Origin: an uncultured candidatus Porisulfidus sp.
Lineage (GTDB): Bacteria > Pseudomonadota > Gammaproteobacteria > Poriferisulfidales > Poriferisulfidaceae
DNA: 64,000 nucleotides
Assembly: GCA_965116025.1 (NCBI GenBank)
Contig: OZ220480.1
Coordinates: 128,001-192,000 of the forward strand
Direction: 5' to 3'
The notes under the pieces are model-generated. The model saw nothing but the letters and a program-made list of their open reading frames with translations. It was not told the DNA's origin and ran no database searches. Made by a program: the position numbers and the translations under genes. The first letter of the stretch is position 1; every line of letters begins with the position of its first letter. Positions 42,991 through 54,060 of this stretch are shown piece after piece.

Positions 42991-43724
42991 ACTCTCTCCA
43001 ACATCGCGGAATCCGCTTGTGCATGGCGTTGACGATGGCGCTCGCGTCGGTCGGTTGCCAAAACGACTTTCTCAGTAGCCAAGACATCCCCGAAGGGGTC
43101 AAGGAAATGGGCAAGACCAGCGTGGACTACGCGCTGGACGCGCACCTGAACGCCACCACCGATGGACTCGAGGCGCTCATGCGGGAGCTGTACCGGATGA
43201 ATCCCGAGGAGTTGGCCAAAGTGCCCGACGCCACGGTCGACGACCGGCTGACGTTGCTGTTGCCGGACCGCACGTACGACGAATTGCGCTTTGGAGAATT
43301 GAACAGCCACCGCGGCACCGAGGCCATGCAGTTCGCTTTCGAGCCCCGCTTCATCGGGGACCGGGTGTTCGCCCTGATGGTGGGGCTAGTCAGCCAGATG
43401 CGGGTCGCGTACAACGACAAGCTGGAGTTTTTCGCCCTGAACCGGCTGGATCCCCAGAACATCGAGAACTTCGCCGACAACCTGGAAATCGTTCGCGTCA
43501 GCCTCAAGCGCAGAACCGCCGCGGACGGCTCGCCCCTTCTGCTTCATGAGGGAGAGATGCCGCTCCAGGAGTCGGGTTTGCCATACCCCTCCGCCGAGCA
43601 GATTCTGGATCAGCTCATTGGCCACCAGCGGGTGCTGGTCACCATCACGAACAAATGGCGAGACCGCGCCAACCAAACCGCCATTCGGGCGATGGGCGCG
43701 ATCATCCTGTTGCCCATACCCTAA
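42987..43724 (+). CDS. Hypothetical lipoprotein
   Basis: Lipobox-like 'LASVGC'; ATGA overlap with the VWA gene. Confidence 0.7.
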   Translation: MNSLQHRGIRLCMALTMALASVGCQNDFLSSQDIPEGVKEMGKTSVDYALDAHLNATTDGLEALMRELYRMNPEELAKVPDATVDDRLTLLLPDRTYDELRFGELNSHRGTEAMQFAFEPRFIGDRVFALMVGLVSQMRVAYNDKLEFFALNRLDPQNIENFADNLEIVRVSLKRRTAADGSPLLLHEGEMPLQESGLPYPSAEQILDQLIGHQRVLVTITNKWRDRANQTAIRAMGAIILLPIP

Positions 43725-43728
43725 ACGC

Positions 43729-44687
<959 letters not shown>

Positions 44688-45395
44688 TCAGGCGCCGCTT
44701 CCCGAAGCCGGAAGCCGCTCCAGCGTCTCACGCACGAACGGCACGGTGATCCTGCGCTTTCGTCCAAGCGAGGCGTCTTCCAGTCGGTCCAGCAAACGGC
44801 ACAGCTGACCCAGCCCCCGCGCCACATGCCGTTGCATGTAGCGCACCGCCTCCTCGGGCAGGTCGTACCCTTGGCTACGCGCGCGACGACGCAACGCCTC
44901 GGCCTGTCGATCATCGTCCAGAGGACGCAGCGGGAATGACACGGCCCCGCGAAACCGGGACCGAAGGTCGGGCAGGCCCACCGCCACGCTTGACGCGGGA
45001 CCGCGCGCGGCGAGCAACAAACTGGCGCCATGATCCACCGTCTGGTTGACCAGGGCGAACAAGCGGCGCTCCCAATCCTCTCGCTCCATCACGGAGTCCA
45101 CGTCATCCAGGCACACCCACGCGCATCGGTCCAGCCCATCCAAGGCTTCCGGACTCAACTCGCGCATTTTCCTCAGCGGCAGGTAGGCCGCGGACTGCCC
45201 CCGAGCCTTGGCCTGAAGGCAGGCCGCCTGCAGCAAATGCGTCTTTCCGCTGTCTTTCGGGCCATGCAACCATAGGGAGCCGCCTTGCCGAGGCAGGGAC
45301 TCCAGAGCCTCCTGGACCCCCGGATTGCCGTGCGCGCAAAAATTCGCGTAAGTATGCCGCGGGTTGTTTCCGATGGGCAGGACCTTCTGGCTCAT
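44688..45395 (-). CDS. hda: DnaA regulatory inactivator Hda
   Basis: G..DSGKTHLL, CLDDVD, LPDLRSRF, RRITVPFVRE. Confidence 0.9.
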   Translation of the reverse strand: MSQKVLPIGNNPRHTYANFCAHGNPGVQEALESLPRQGGSLWLHGPKDSGKTHLLQAACLQAKARGQSAAYLPLRKMRELSPEALDGLDRCAWVCLDDVDSVMEREDWERRLFALVNQTVDHGASLLLAARGPASSVAVGLPDLRSRFRGAVSFPLRPLDDDRQAEALRRRARSQGYDLPEEAVRYMQRHVARGLGQLCRLLDRLEDASLGRKRRITVPFVRETLERLPASGSGA

Positions 45396-45943
45396 CGCGC
45401 GTCGCCTCCAGGATCCGCCAGCAGTCCACCCCAGACCAGCGCGTACCCGATTCCACTGACGACCGCGGCGAGCACTGTTCCCCACAGAAGGATATCGAGC
45501 ATCATCACCGGCAACGCGACCAACTGGTCGCCCAAAAAAGAGAACGCCGTGACGATCTGCAGAAAGGTATTGATCTTCCCGACTTTGAGAACTGAGGCCT
45601 TCCGCCCGGGGTGAAGCAGATGGTTCAACAACGTTCCGCCAACGATCAGGACATCGCGCCCGACCACTAGCATCACCACCCAAGGCGGCACGATCTCCAT
45701 GTGGCCCAGCATCACGAAAGCGGAAATCAGCATCACCTTGTCCGCGAGCGGGTCCAGCACGGCGCCCAGCGCGCTCGTAGCCTTCAAATAACGAGCCAAA
45801 AAGCCATCCAGCGCGTCCGAAACGCCCATCACGACGAACAAGAGCAACGCCAGATCGAACTGTCGCTCCAGCAGCAGCATGGCGAACCATGGCACCAGAA
45901 GCAAGCGCAGAACGCTGATCAGGTTGGGAATGTGCTGAGCCAT
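45392..45943 (-). CDS. CDP-alcohol phosphatidyltransferase family protein
   Basis: IPNLISVLR, SDALDGFLAR...GAVLDPLADK. Confidence 0.9.
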   Translation of the reverse strand: MAQHIPNLISVLRLLLVPWFAMLLLERQFDLALLLFVVMGVSDALDGFLARYLKATSALGAVLDPLADKVMLISAFVMLGHMEIVPPWVVMLVVGRDVLIVGGTLLNHLLHPGRKASVLKVGKINTFLQIVTAFSFLGDQLVALPVMMLDILLWGTVLAAVVSGIGYALVWGGLLADPGGDAR

Positions 45944-45983
45944 GAGATTTCTGGCCCGGTATTTTATATGGTGGAGGAGTAAA

Positions 45984-47036
45984 ATGGCGCCCGTATCGAG
46001 TGGTCTCGTGCCAGAAAAAATACCTTCCTCTTCCGCGTATCAGGAGGCCGGAGTCGATATTGACGCCGGCAACCGCCTGGTCCAGCGGATCGCTCCGCTC
46101 GCGCGACGAACTTTCGATGAGCGGGTGCTGTCCGGACTTGGCGGATTCGGCGGGCTCTACCAACTGCCGCGGGACTGCGAGCGACCGGTCCTGGTTTGCG
46201 GAACGGACGGCGTCGGCACCAAATTGCGCCTAGCCCAGAGACTCCAGCGGCACGAGACGATCGGCATCGACCTCGTGGCCATGTGCGCCAACGATGTCCT
46301 GACGCATGGCGCTCGCGCCCTGCTGTTCTTGGATTACTACGCCTGCGGAGCGCTCAACGTGGAAGAGACGGAAGAAGTAATTCGAGGAATCGCGGCAGGT
46401 TGCCAGCAGGCCGGCTGCGCGCTCGTCGGCGGGGAAACCGCGGAAATGCCCGGACTCTACCGGCCGGGAGACTACGATATCGCGGGGTTCTGCGTAGGTC
46501 TCGTGGACCGCGGCCGGTTACTCCCTCACCCGGACTGCAGGACGGGAGATGTCCTGATCGGAATGGACTCGAGCGGCGCGCACGCCAATGGCTTCTCCCT
46601 CATCAACCACCTGCTGGACTCGGAGCCGGATGACCAAGAGCGGATGGACGCGCTGTTGCAACCCACCACGATCTACGAGCCGCATCTTAGGGAATCTATC
46701 GATTCCGGAAAGATTCTGGCGCTAGCCCACATCACGGGTGGCGGCCTAACCGAGAACGTTCCGCGCGTTCTTCCAGAGGGCCTGTCCGCGCGAATCGATC
46801 TGGAAAGCTGGCGGCGACCGGAGCTGTTCGACTGGATCCAGTCGCGAGGCGATATCGATGAGGAAGAGATGCGGCGGATATTCAACTGTGGAATCGGGAT
46901 GGTCGCGCTGACTCGCGCGGCGCATGCGGAAGCCCTCGTCCAAGAAATTCAAAACACCGGCCTGGATGCCCGAATCATAGGCGAAGTCATCGCCCGGAAG
47001 GCTCCCCAAAGGGCGATTTATACTACATCGCCATGA
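45984..47036 (+). CDS. purM: Phosphoribosylformylglycinamidine cyclo-ligase
   Basis: YQEAGVDIDAG, GTDGVGTK, GGETAEMPG, AHITGGG. Confidence 0.96.
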   Translation: MAPVSSGLVPEKIPSSSAYQEAGVDIDAGNRLVQRIAPLARRTFDERVLSGLGGFGGLYQLPRDCERPVLVCGTDGVGTKLRLAQRLQRHETIGIDLVAMCANDVLTHGARALLFLDYYACGALNVEETEEVIRGIAAGCQQAGCALVGGETAEMPGLYRPGDYDIAGFCVGLVDRGRLLPHPDCRTGDVLIGMDSSGAHANGFSLINHLLDSEPDDQERMDALLQPTTIYEPHLRESIDSGKILALAHITGGGLTENVPRVLPEGLSARIDLESWRRPELFDWIQSRGDIDEEEMRRIFNCGIGMVALTRAAHAEALVQEIQNTGLDARIIGEVIARKAPQRAIYTTSP

Positions 47037-47668
47037 TTCCGATGGCCATTCTGTTCTCCGGCGAGGGAACCAACCTTCAGGCCCTGATTGACGCCGTGCA
47101 CCAGCGTCGCATCTATGCAGAAATCCGCTGCGTGATCAGCAACCGGCCTCAGGCGCATGGACTGGACCGCGCCCAAGCGGCCGGGATCGAGACGCTGGTC
47201 ATCAGCGACGACGACCGCGCCACCCGGGAAAAGAAAACGCTCACCGCCCTGCAGGAGCGTGGCGTCGAGTTGGTCTGTCTGGCGGGCTACATGCGCGTCC
47301 TATCCGAAATCATGGTCGAGCCCTATCTGGGGCGAATGCTCAACATCCATCCATCTCTTCTTCCCGCCTACCGGGGCGCGAACACGCACCGCCGGGTTTT
47401 GGAGGCGGGCGAGAAGTTCCATGGATGCAGCGTGCATTTCGTGACCCACGAACTAGACGAGGGACCCCTGATCATCCAAGCGAGCGTGCCGGTGTATCCA
47501 GACGATACCGAAAGGGCCCTAGTGCACCGCGTGCTGGAGCAAGAGCACCTGATCCTGCCTCTGGCGGTTCAGTGGTACTGCGATGGCCTGCTACGCATGG
47601 AGGACGGAGTCGCGCATTTGCGCGGAGAGCGACTCGACGAGCCGTTGCTCTATGAAGCGGGCCCTTAG
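47033..47668 (+). CDS. purN: Phosphoribosylglycinamide formyltransferase
   Basis: SGEGTNLQA, LAGYMRVL, NIHPSLLP, LDEGP. Confidence 0.96.
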   Translation: MIPMAILFSGEGTNLQALIDAVHQRRIYAEIRCVISNRPQAHGLDRAQAAGIETLVISDDDRATREKKTLTALQERGVELVCLAGYMRVLSEIMVEPYLGRMLNIHPSLLPAYRGANTHRRVLEAGEKFHGCSVHFVTHELDEGPLIIQASVPVYPDDTERALVHRVLEQEHLILPLAVQWYCDGLLRMEDGVAHLRGERLDEPLLYEAGP

Positions 47669-48359
47669 CCTCTGCGGCCTGCTTCTCTTTGGGTTGTCCG
47701 CCACGGCAGCGGACACCACCCAGGCCACCTACGACCTGTACTACGAAGGCATGCCAGCGGGGACCGTCACCGTCACCATCACCCGCGAAGCCATCCACAC
47801 GCGCTACCGCGCCATCGCGGAGCCGAATTGGCTGGGCCGACTGTTCGGCCAGGACACTATCATTGAACGCGGGGTCATGACTAGCGAAAAACTGCGGCCC
47901 ACGGAGTATTTCTACCATGACGCCGGACGCGAGCGTCACTACAAATACGTCTACGACTGGCCACACGGCCTGGTGCTCATCACGACCCACGAGGGCGGGT
48001 CTTCGGAGCCGCTCGGAGAGGATACGCTGGATCCCGCGGCCATGGCCACGCGCTTGCTTCGCGACCTGCCCGACATCTCTCCAAACTACAGCGTTCTCTC
48101 CAAGGGCCTCCTCAAGGTATATCGCTTCGAGGCCCCGACGGTGGAACCCATCGAGGTGTTAGGACAAGAGCGGCGAGTCTGGAAGGTGGTTCGCGTTCGC
48201 GGAAGTAGCCCGGATTCGCGCGTCATCACTTGGCACGACCCTCAGCGCGAGCAGTGGATGGTGCGTACCGTTCGCATGGAAGGTGGCGAGGAGAAAGTCC
48301 GGCTCGAGTTAACCGGCATGGATCGGCTAGATTCCCGCGACCTGCATCCGGTCGACTAG
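47652..48359 (+). CDS. DUF3108-like secreted protein
   Basis: Signal peptide MKRALSLCGLLLFGLSATA; beta-rich; this family commonly follows purN. Confidence 0.7.
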   Translation: MKRALSLCGLLLFGLSATAADTTQATYDLYYEGMPAGTVTVTITREAIHTRYRAIAEPNWLGRLFGQDTIIERGVMTSEKLRPTEYFYHDAGRERHYKYVYDWPHGLVLITTHEGGSSEPLGEDTLDPAAMATRLLRDLPDISPNYSVLSKGLLKVYRFEAPTVEPIEVLGQERRVWKVVRVRGSSPDSRVITWHDPQREQWMVRTVRMEGGEEKVRLELTGMDRLDSRDLHPVD

Positions 48360-49667
48360 CAACGCTCCGGTTTGGAGAGAGCCACGGCGGTCCGGTTCCG
48401 CGCCGACCGCGACGATGCCACGATACATGTCTGGCAAGGATCCCGCGATCGTGATTTCGTGCACGGGGTAAGCTATCGATCCACCCTCAACCCAGAATCC
48501 AGCGGCGCCCCGCGAATAGTCTCCGGTGACCTGGTTGACGCCTTGCCCCATCAATTCCGTCACCACCAGCCCCCGGTCGAGACGCTGGAGCAACTCGTCC
48601 CACGATAGCGTCGGCGCTCGGGTTTCCAGTGAGAGATTCCGCACGCCACCAGCGTTTCCAGTGGAAACCAGACCGAGCCTGCGGGCGGAGTAACTGCCCA
48701 GAAACCATCCGCGCAAGACTCCATCATCCACCACGACGCGCTCCCGCGTCCTCACGCCTTCCGCGTCGAACGGAGCGCTGGCCACGCCTCCAGTTTCACG
48801 CGGACGCTCGACCAGCCGGATGTCCTCGGCCCAAACCGGCTTATCCATGCGGCCCAGCAAGAAAGACGCCTCCCGGTACAGCGCTCGGCCACTGGCCGCC
48901 CCAACGAAATGCCCGAGCAACGAGCGGGCGACCGGCGCCTCGAACAGCACGGGAGTCGCGCAACTCGCGAGAGAGCGGGCTCCCAAGCGGCGCGCGGCCC
49001 GCGCCGCCGCGACGCGGCCGACCGTCTCGGGATCCTGCACCTCGCGCCAATCACGGTGGGCGCTGTGCCAATAGTCCCGCTCTTGGTCGCCCTTTTCGTC
49101 GCTCGCCACCACGCAACAGATGAGGTCGTGACTACTGCGCCAATAATCCCCCATGAAGCCCAAGCTGTTTCCCAGCACCCGAACTCCATCGTAGCGGCGG
49201 ACTTCCGCGCCTTCCGAATTGACGATGCGCGCATCGTCCCGCGCGGCCCCCTCACACGCGAGCGCCACTCGAGCGGCCTGGTCGCTATCGATTTCCGATG
49301 GGTGATACAGATCCAGATCTGGATACTCGAAAGCCAAAAGCTCTTCCTCCGGCAAGCCATGGCAAAGATCTTCCTCGGTGCTTTGAGCGATCTGGCAGGC
49401 CGCCTCCACCGTGCGGTCGACTGAATCCTCGCGCAAGTCCGTACTGGACGCGTGGCCGCGCCGCTGGCCGAAGTAAGCCGTGATCGACAGGCCCTGATCC
49501 CGCTCGCGCTCCACGGTCTCCAGCTCGCCCATCCGAACCGAGACGGTCAGCCCCTCTCCGCGTTCCAGCGAGACCTCGGCCGCGGTGGCGCCGCGCCGCC
49601 GAGCCTGATCCAGCGCTCGCTGAGCGCATGCGCGGAGGTCCTGTTCCAGCGCGGTTTCAGCCGCCAT
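48327..49667 (-). CDS. pmbA: Metalloprotease PmbA (TldE)
   Basis: SAPFDAEGV, ELMGQGVNQVTGDYSRGAAGFW; follows tldD. Confidence 0.93.
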   Translation of the reverse strand: MAAETALEQDLRACAQRALDQARRRGATAAEVSLERGEGLTVSVRMGELETVERERDQGLSITAYFGQRRGHASSTDLREDSVDRTVEAACQIAQSTEEDLCHGLPEEELLAFEYPDLDLYHPSEIDSDQAARVALACEGAARDDARIVNSEGAEVRRYDGVRVLGNSLGFMGDYWRSSHDLICCVVASDEKGDQERDYWHSAHRDWREVQDPETVGRVAAARAARRLGARSLASCATPVLFEAPVARSLLGHFVGAASGRALYREASFLLGRMDKPVWAEDIRLVERPRETGGVASAPFDAEGVRTRERVVVDDGVLRGWFLGSYSARRLGLVSTGNAGGVRNLSLETRAPTLSWDELLQRLDRGLVVTELMGQGVNQVTGDYSRGAAGFWVEGGSIAYPVHEITIAGSLPDMYRGIVAVGAEPDRRGSLQTGALLVDRMQVAGI

Positions 49668-51117
49668 GCATTCGGGTCCCGCCGACTGTCAACTCATCGA
49701 CCCGTAACGTCGGCTGGCCCACGCCGACCGGAACTTGCTGGCCATCCTTGCCGCACGTGCCCACGCCCTCGTCGAGTTCCAGATCGTTGCCCACCATGCT
49801 GACTTGGCGCAACACGCTGGGACCATCCCCAATCAGAGTCGCCCCCTTCACCGGATGCGCGATCTTTCCGTTCTTGATCAGATAGGCTTCCGAGGCGGAG
49901 AACACGAATTTTCCAGACGTGATGTCCACTTGTCCTCCGTTGAACCCTACCGCGTACAGCCCATGGTCGACCGAGGCCAGTATCTCTTCCGGCGCGTGAT
50001 CGCCCGCCTGCATATATGTATTGGTCATGCGCGGCATTGGCTGGTGCGCGTAGGACTCCCGGCGACCGTTGCCCGTCGATTCCGTTCCGCACAAGCGCGC
50101 GTTGAGTCGATCATAAAGAAAGCCACGGACGATGCCCTCCTCAATCAGCACAGTGTTCTGGGTCGGGGTCCCCTCGTCGTCCACGCGCAAGGATCCACGA
50201 CGGTCTGGCAGGGTGCCATTGTCGACAACAGTGACCTCGGAACTGGCCACGCGCTTCCCCATCAGGTTGGTGAACGCGGAAGTGCCTTTGCGAATCGCGT
50301 CTCCTTCCAGTCCGTGCCCGATGGCCTCATGCAGAAGCACGCCAGGCCAGCCATGCCCGAGGACCACGGTCATCGCGCCCGCCGGCGCGTCCTCGGATTC
50401 CAGATTGAGTAACGCCAGGCGCGCGGCTTCTTTCGCGAAACGGGCCGGCGCTCCGGCATCCAGCAAACGATCATAGCCATAGCGTCCACCTCCGCCATAT
50501 CCTCCCGCCTCTCGCCGCCCGTTCCGTTCGGCGATCACGCTGACGTTGAGGCGCGTCAACGGGCGGATATCGGCCTGATACACTCCCTCCGTCGAGGCGA
50601 TCAGGACCACCTCGTAGGTAGAAGCCAAGGTGGCCGTCACCTTCTTGACCTCGCCCGACGAGACGCGCGCGGCTTCGTCCACCTCTCGCAGCAGCGCGAT
50701 CTTTCGCGTCATATCCATTTCCCGCGACGGATCGGTGGCGGCGCAAATGGCGGGCGGCTGGATTGAGGACAGTCGCGGCAGGCGAGCCTGCCGAGCGCCG
50801 CGCGCGATGGATCGCGCGGCCCGAGCCGCTTCCAGCAACTGATCGGGACTCAGCTCCTCGGAGTACGCGAATCCGGTCTTCTCCCCGAGGGCCACGCGAA
50901 CGCCTGCGCCCTGCTCCAGCGAGAACGCCGCGTCCTTGACCACGCCATCCTCAATCGTGAGCGATTCATGTCGCGCGTGCTGCAGATAGACATCCGCATA
51001 GTCGCAGGCGCGCGACCAGGCACGCGAGAGCGCGCGCTCCAGCGTCCCGGGCGTCAGCCCCCCCGGTTCCAAAAGATAGCGCCGCGCCGCGCCGTCGGTC
51101 AAGCGCTCATCTGGCAT
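49657..51117 (-). CDS. tldD: Metalloprotease TldD
   Basis: GWPGVLLHEAIGHGLEGD, PMPRMTNTYM, CGKDGQ. Confidence 0.95.
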   Translation of the reverse strand: MPDERLTDGAARRYLLEPGGLTPGTLERALSRAWSRACDYADVYLQHARHESLTIEDGVVKDAAFSLEQGAGVRVALGEKTGFAYSEELSPDQLLEAARAARSIARGARQARLPRLSSIQPPAICAATDPSREMDMTRKIALLREVDEAARVSSGEVKKVTATLASTYEVVLIASTEGVYQADIRPLTRLNVSVIAERNGRREAGGYGGGGRYGYDRLLDAGAPARFAKEAARLALLNLESEDAPAGAMTVVLGHGWPGVLLHEAIGHGLEGDAIRKGTSAFTNLMGKRVASSEVTVVDNGTLPDRRGSLRVDDEGTPTQNTVLIEEGIVRGFLYDRLNARLCGTESTGNGRRESYAHQPMPRMTNTYMQAGDHAPEEILASVDHGLYAVGFNGGQVDITSGKFVFSASEAYLIKNGKIAHPVKGATLIGDGPSVLRQVSMVGNDLELDEGVGTCGKDGQQVPVGVGQPTLRVDELTVGGTRMHGG

Positions 51118-51926
51118 GCCAGCCTCCGGTTGTTGATGCAGGGGAAGTTCTTCCTGATTTCCTTAAGGCGATGCAGGTCAATGTCCGCGAGCACCACGCC
51201 CGCCCCGCGCGCGCGCCGCCCCAAAATCGTGCCCCAGGGGTCGAGAATCATGGAATGGCCATGCGTCTCGCGTCCATTCAGATGGTAGCCTCCCTGCGCG
51301 CTGGCGACCAGATAAACGAGATTCTCGATCGCCCGAGCGCGCAAGAGAGCCTCCCAATGCGCCTTCCCGGTCTGCGCCGTGAACGCGGCGGGCAACACGA
51401 TGAGCTCCACGCCCTGGTCCAAGAGCGCGCGGAACAGCTCCGGGAAGCGAAGGTCGTAGCAGACGGTCAGACCGACGCGTCCGAACGGGGAATCGGCGAC
51501 CACCGGCTCGCGCCCGCTTCGAATGGTGGCCGACTCGTTGTAGCTCTCCCCGCTGGCGGGCAGCGTGACGTCGAACAGATGGATCTTGTCGTAGCGCGCG
51601 CGGAGCTCTCCCTGGTCGTCGAACAGCATGCAGGCGGACGCCATCTTGTCCTTGACCTCGCAATGCATCGGGATGGTGCCCGCCACGATCCAGATTTGAT
51701 GGCGGCGGCATCGCTCGCGAACGAATTCCTGGATCGGCCCCTCTCCTTCCCGCTCCCGATACGCCAGAACGTCCGGGTCCCGCAACCCCATCATGGCGAA
51801 GTTCTCGGGCAACGCAACCAGGCGCGCTCCACCATCGGCCGCGGTCTTGATCAGGCGTCCAGCCTCCAGAAGGTTGGCATCCAGATTCGGTCCGGAGGCC
51901 ATTTGCACGGCGGCGATCTTGCTCAT
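51099..51926 (-). CDS. Carbon-nitrogen hydrolase (Nit1-like deaminated glutathione amidase)
   Basis: LPENF, YDKIHLFDV, VCYDLRFPEL, RARAIEN. Confidence 0.92.
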   Translation of the reverse strand: MSKIAAVQMASGPNLDANLLEAGRLIKTAADGGARLVALPENFAMMGLRDPDVLAYREREGEGPIQEFVRERCRRHQIWIVAGTIPMHCEVKDKMASACMLFDDQGELRARYDKIHLFDVTLPASGESYNESATIRSGREPVVADSPFGRVGLTVCYDLRFPELFRALLDQGVELIVLPAAFTAQTGKAHWEALLRARAIENLVYLVASAQGGYHLNGRETHGHSMILDPWGTILGRRARGAGVVLADIDLHRLKEIRKNFPCINNRRLACQMSA

Positions 51927-52402
51927 GATTCTCCGCGAGGTCGGCGCGAGCGGCTCGGCGCCGTCTCGCCCGGAATTCGCTCCTGAAATCGTAACACGTC
52001 CTCGCGCTCAGGTTTTCGCTTGAGCCGTATCCGGTAGCGCTCCGTCACGAACCGCCGAGCCGCTTGGTGCAGCATGTGATCCGGGCTCGCGCCGCAGTAT
52101 TTCTCAAGCCATTCGTTGGTGCGAGTCAGACCAGAGTACTCCGCGATGCTGTACGTGTCGCGCACCAGATAGTTATACGCGGTCAGATATCCAGAAAGCC
52201 AGCTGTAGTACAGGCCACGCTCATCGAGAGGGGTATCAAGAAAGCTCGCGCAGGTGTCCAGCCCCAAGCCTTGGGCCTTGTATCGCTGGTTCAGGTCGCG
52301 CGCGGGCGACGATGTCGCCAAGACCAGAGAAGAGACGCCCGCCCAAACGACCGCCGCGATCCAGCGGCCGCGTGGCGAAACCGGACTCAGCCCCTCGGCC
52401 AT
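51923..52402 (-). CDS. Hypothetical secreted protein
   Basis: Signal-like N-terminus, Cys pair (TCASFL...KYCGA), 'WLSGYLTAYN'; overlaps both neighbours. Confidence 0.7.
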   Translation of the reverse strand: MAEGLSPVSPRGRWIAAVVWAGVSSLVLATSSPARDLNQRYKAQGLGLDTCASFLDTPLDERGLYYSWLSGYLTAYNYLVRDTYSIAEYSGLTRTNEWLEKYCGASPDHMLHQAARRFVTERYRIRLKRKPEREDVLRFQERIPGETAPSRSRRPRGES

Positions 52403-52998
52403 CACGTCCCGAGCGGCGGAAACGGAACTCCAGAGCCGCCATGCCCGCAATACCCTCCCGGATTCTTGCCGAGATACTGCTGATGGCGGAGCTCCGCGAA
52501 GTGGAACTCGGTGGCTGGAATGATTTCCGTCGTGATCTCGCCAAATCCTCTCGCGGCGAGCGCGGCTTGGTACGCGTCGCGGCTTTTTCGAGCCAGCGAC
52601 TCTTGGTCGGGATCGAAAAAATAGATGCCGGAGCGGTACTGGCTCCCGATATCGTTTCCCTGACGCATCCCCTGGGTCGGATCATGCCCTTCCCAAAAGC
52701 ATACCAGCAGATCCGAATACGCGATCCGGTCCGGGTCGTACACGACGCGAACCGCCTCGGCATGCCCCGTCTGGCCAGAGCACACCTTCTCGTAGTCGGG
52801 GTCCGGAGTGTCGCCCGCGGTATATCCGACGGCGGTCGTCCACACGCCTTTCAGTTGCCAAAAACGCCGTTCCGCTCCCCAGAAACACCCCAGCGCGAAC
52901 TCCGCTATAAGCAAACCCGCAGGGTACGGCGGCGTCAAGGGATTGCGAGTGAACCAATGCGATTCCCTCGTCTCCATCGCGGCGCCAGGCTCCATCAT
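52402..52998 (-). CDS. msrA: Peptide-methionine (S)-S-oxide reductase
   Basis: [31 protein letters not shown]; start uncertain. Confidence 0.95.
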   Translation of the reverse strand: MMEPGAAMETRESHWFTRNPLTPPYPAGLLIAEFALGCFWGAERRFWQLKGVWTTAVGYTAGDTPDPDYEKVCSGQTGHAEAVRVVYDPDRIAYSDLLVCFWEGHDPTQGMRQGNDIGSQYRSGIYFFDPDQESLARKSRDAYQAALAARGFGEITTEIIPATEFHFAELRHQQYLGKNPGGYCGHGGSGVPFPPLGT

Positions 52999-53010
52999 GG
53001 CGTCCGCCGG

Positions 53011-53038
53011 ACAAAACAAGGCCGCCTAGCGGCGGCCT
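53011..53038 (-). terminator. Rho-independent terminator after the DUF1326 gene
   Basis: Hairpin aggccgcc-tagc-ggcggcct followed on the minus strand by TGTTTTGT. Confidence 0.65.
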
Positions 53039-53097
53039 GAGTTTTGGAGGTAATTATTATTATTGTTGTCTGCGACCCAAAACCGCTCGCGACGCGA

Positions 53098-53709
53098 TCA
53101 ATCCGGCCCATAGGCGAAGTTCGAGGCCAAGCTCACGGTGCCCGAGTGCTCATGGGTGGTTCCGTTATCGTTGTACGACACCTTGACCGTGTCGCTAATC
53201 GTGATGTCGTTGCCCGGGGCGATCGCCAGAGGCGGATTGGAGACGATCACCGGACCGCCGTCCGCGCCCTCGACCTCCACGACCTCGCTCTCGCCAATGC
53301 CATCCCCGACTTTCAGGCGGCGGGTCTTTCCGTCCACGGAATAGTCGATCGAGGTTTGCTTGACGCTGACCACCTCGCCGACCAGACTGCTCACGACCGC
53401 CAAATGCCCGCCCAGCTTGCCGGAGTACATTTGGGTGATCGCGTCGAACTGCTCCTCGCTAGCGCGCTCGTCCACGTACAAGGCCACCCGGAAATTTCCT
53501 TCGGTCAGAAGCCCGGGAGCCTCCAGAAACATCGCGACGTTCAGGTCATTGATCTCGAGATCGTCCAGATGTCCCTCATCAATGTGCCATCCCAGCAACG
53601 CGGTGCAGGTCCCGCCAGTCGGGGGTTTCAACGTGATGCACGGGCAAATCAGGTCGCACGTGCAGGATTCAAAGTAATTGCCCTTGATGCTCCAGTTGTC
53701 TGATGCCAT
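53098..53709 (-). CDS. DUF1326-family metal-binding protein
   Basis: 'W.IKGNYFESCTCDLICPC...PT.G.C' N-terminus; good SD (AGGAGG) before ATG 53709. Confidence 0.82.
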   Translation of the reverse strand: MASDNWSIKGNYFESCTCDLICPCITLKPPTGGTCTALLGWHIDEGHLDDLEINDLNVAMFLEAPGLLTEGNFRVALYVDERASEEQFDAITQMYSGKLGGHLAVVSSLVGEVVSVKQTSIDYSVDGKTRRLKVGDGIGESEVVEVEGADGGPVIVSNPPLAIAPGNDITISDTVKVSYNDNGTTHEHSGTVSLASNFAYGPD

Positions 53710-53764
53710 GGCTTCCCTCCTGTGGTTGTCGTAGGGTGCGCGACTCGACGTTCGCTTGGCAGGG

Positions 53765-53773
53765 AGTATAGCA
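53765..53773 (-). promoter_or_regulatory. Possible extended -10 promoter (TG-C-TATACT) for the DUF1326 gene
   Basis: Minus strand TGCTATACT about 55 nt upstream of the start. Confidence 0.35.
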
Positions 53774-54060
53774 CGTCCAGAAATTGGAGGTTGACTGGAA
53801 TTTCCATGGGTCGGGAAGCGCGCTCGACCGCGCGAATCGTCCAAGAGGTCGCCGTCGCGAACCAGCGCGTCGTCCGCGACGAATCCCATCAGGCCTTCTC
53901 TTCCCGCGAAGAGCCAAACTCTTTAAGAGCGAGATCTTTCCGTCCACGAAAGCAAGAAACGCGCGCCTGGCGTCCATGCCATGGCTGGCGATGCCCTCGT
54001 GGAAGTGGAAAGCGGGCGAGAGCCCGGTCGAGTGGCGAAGCGGCCCGATCACCTGTTAAA

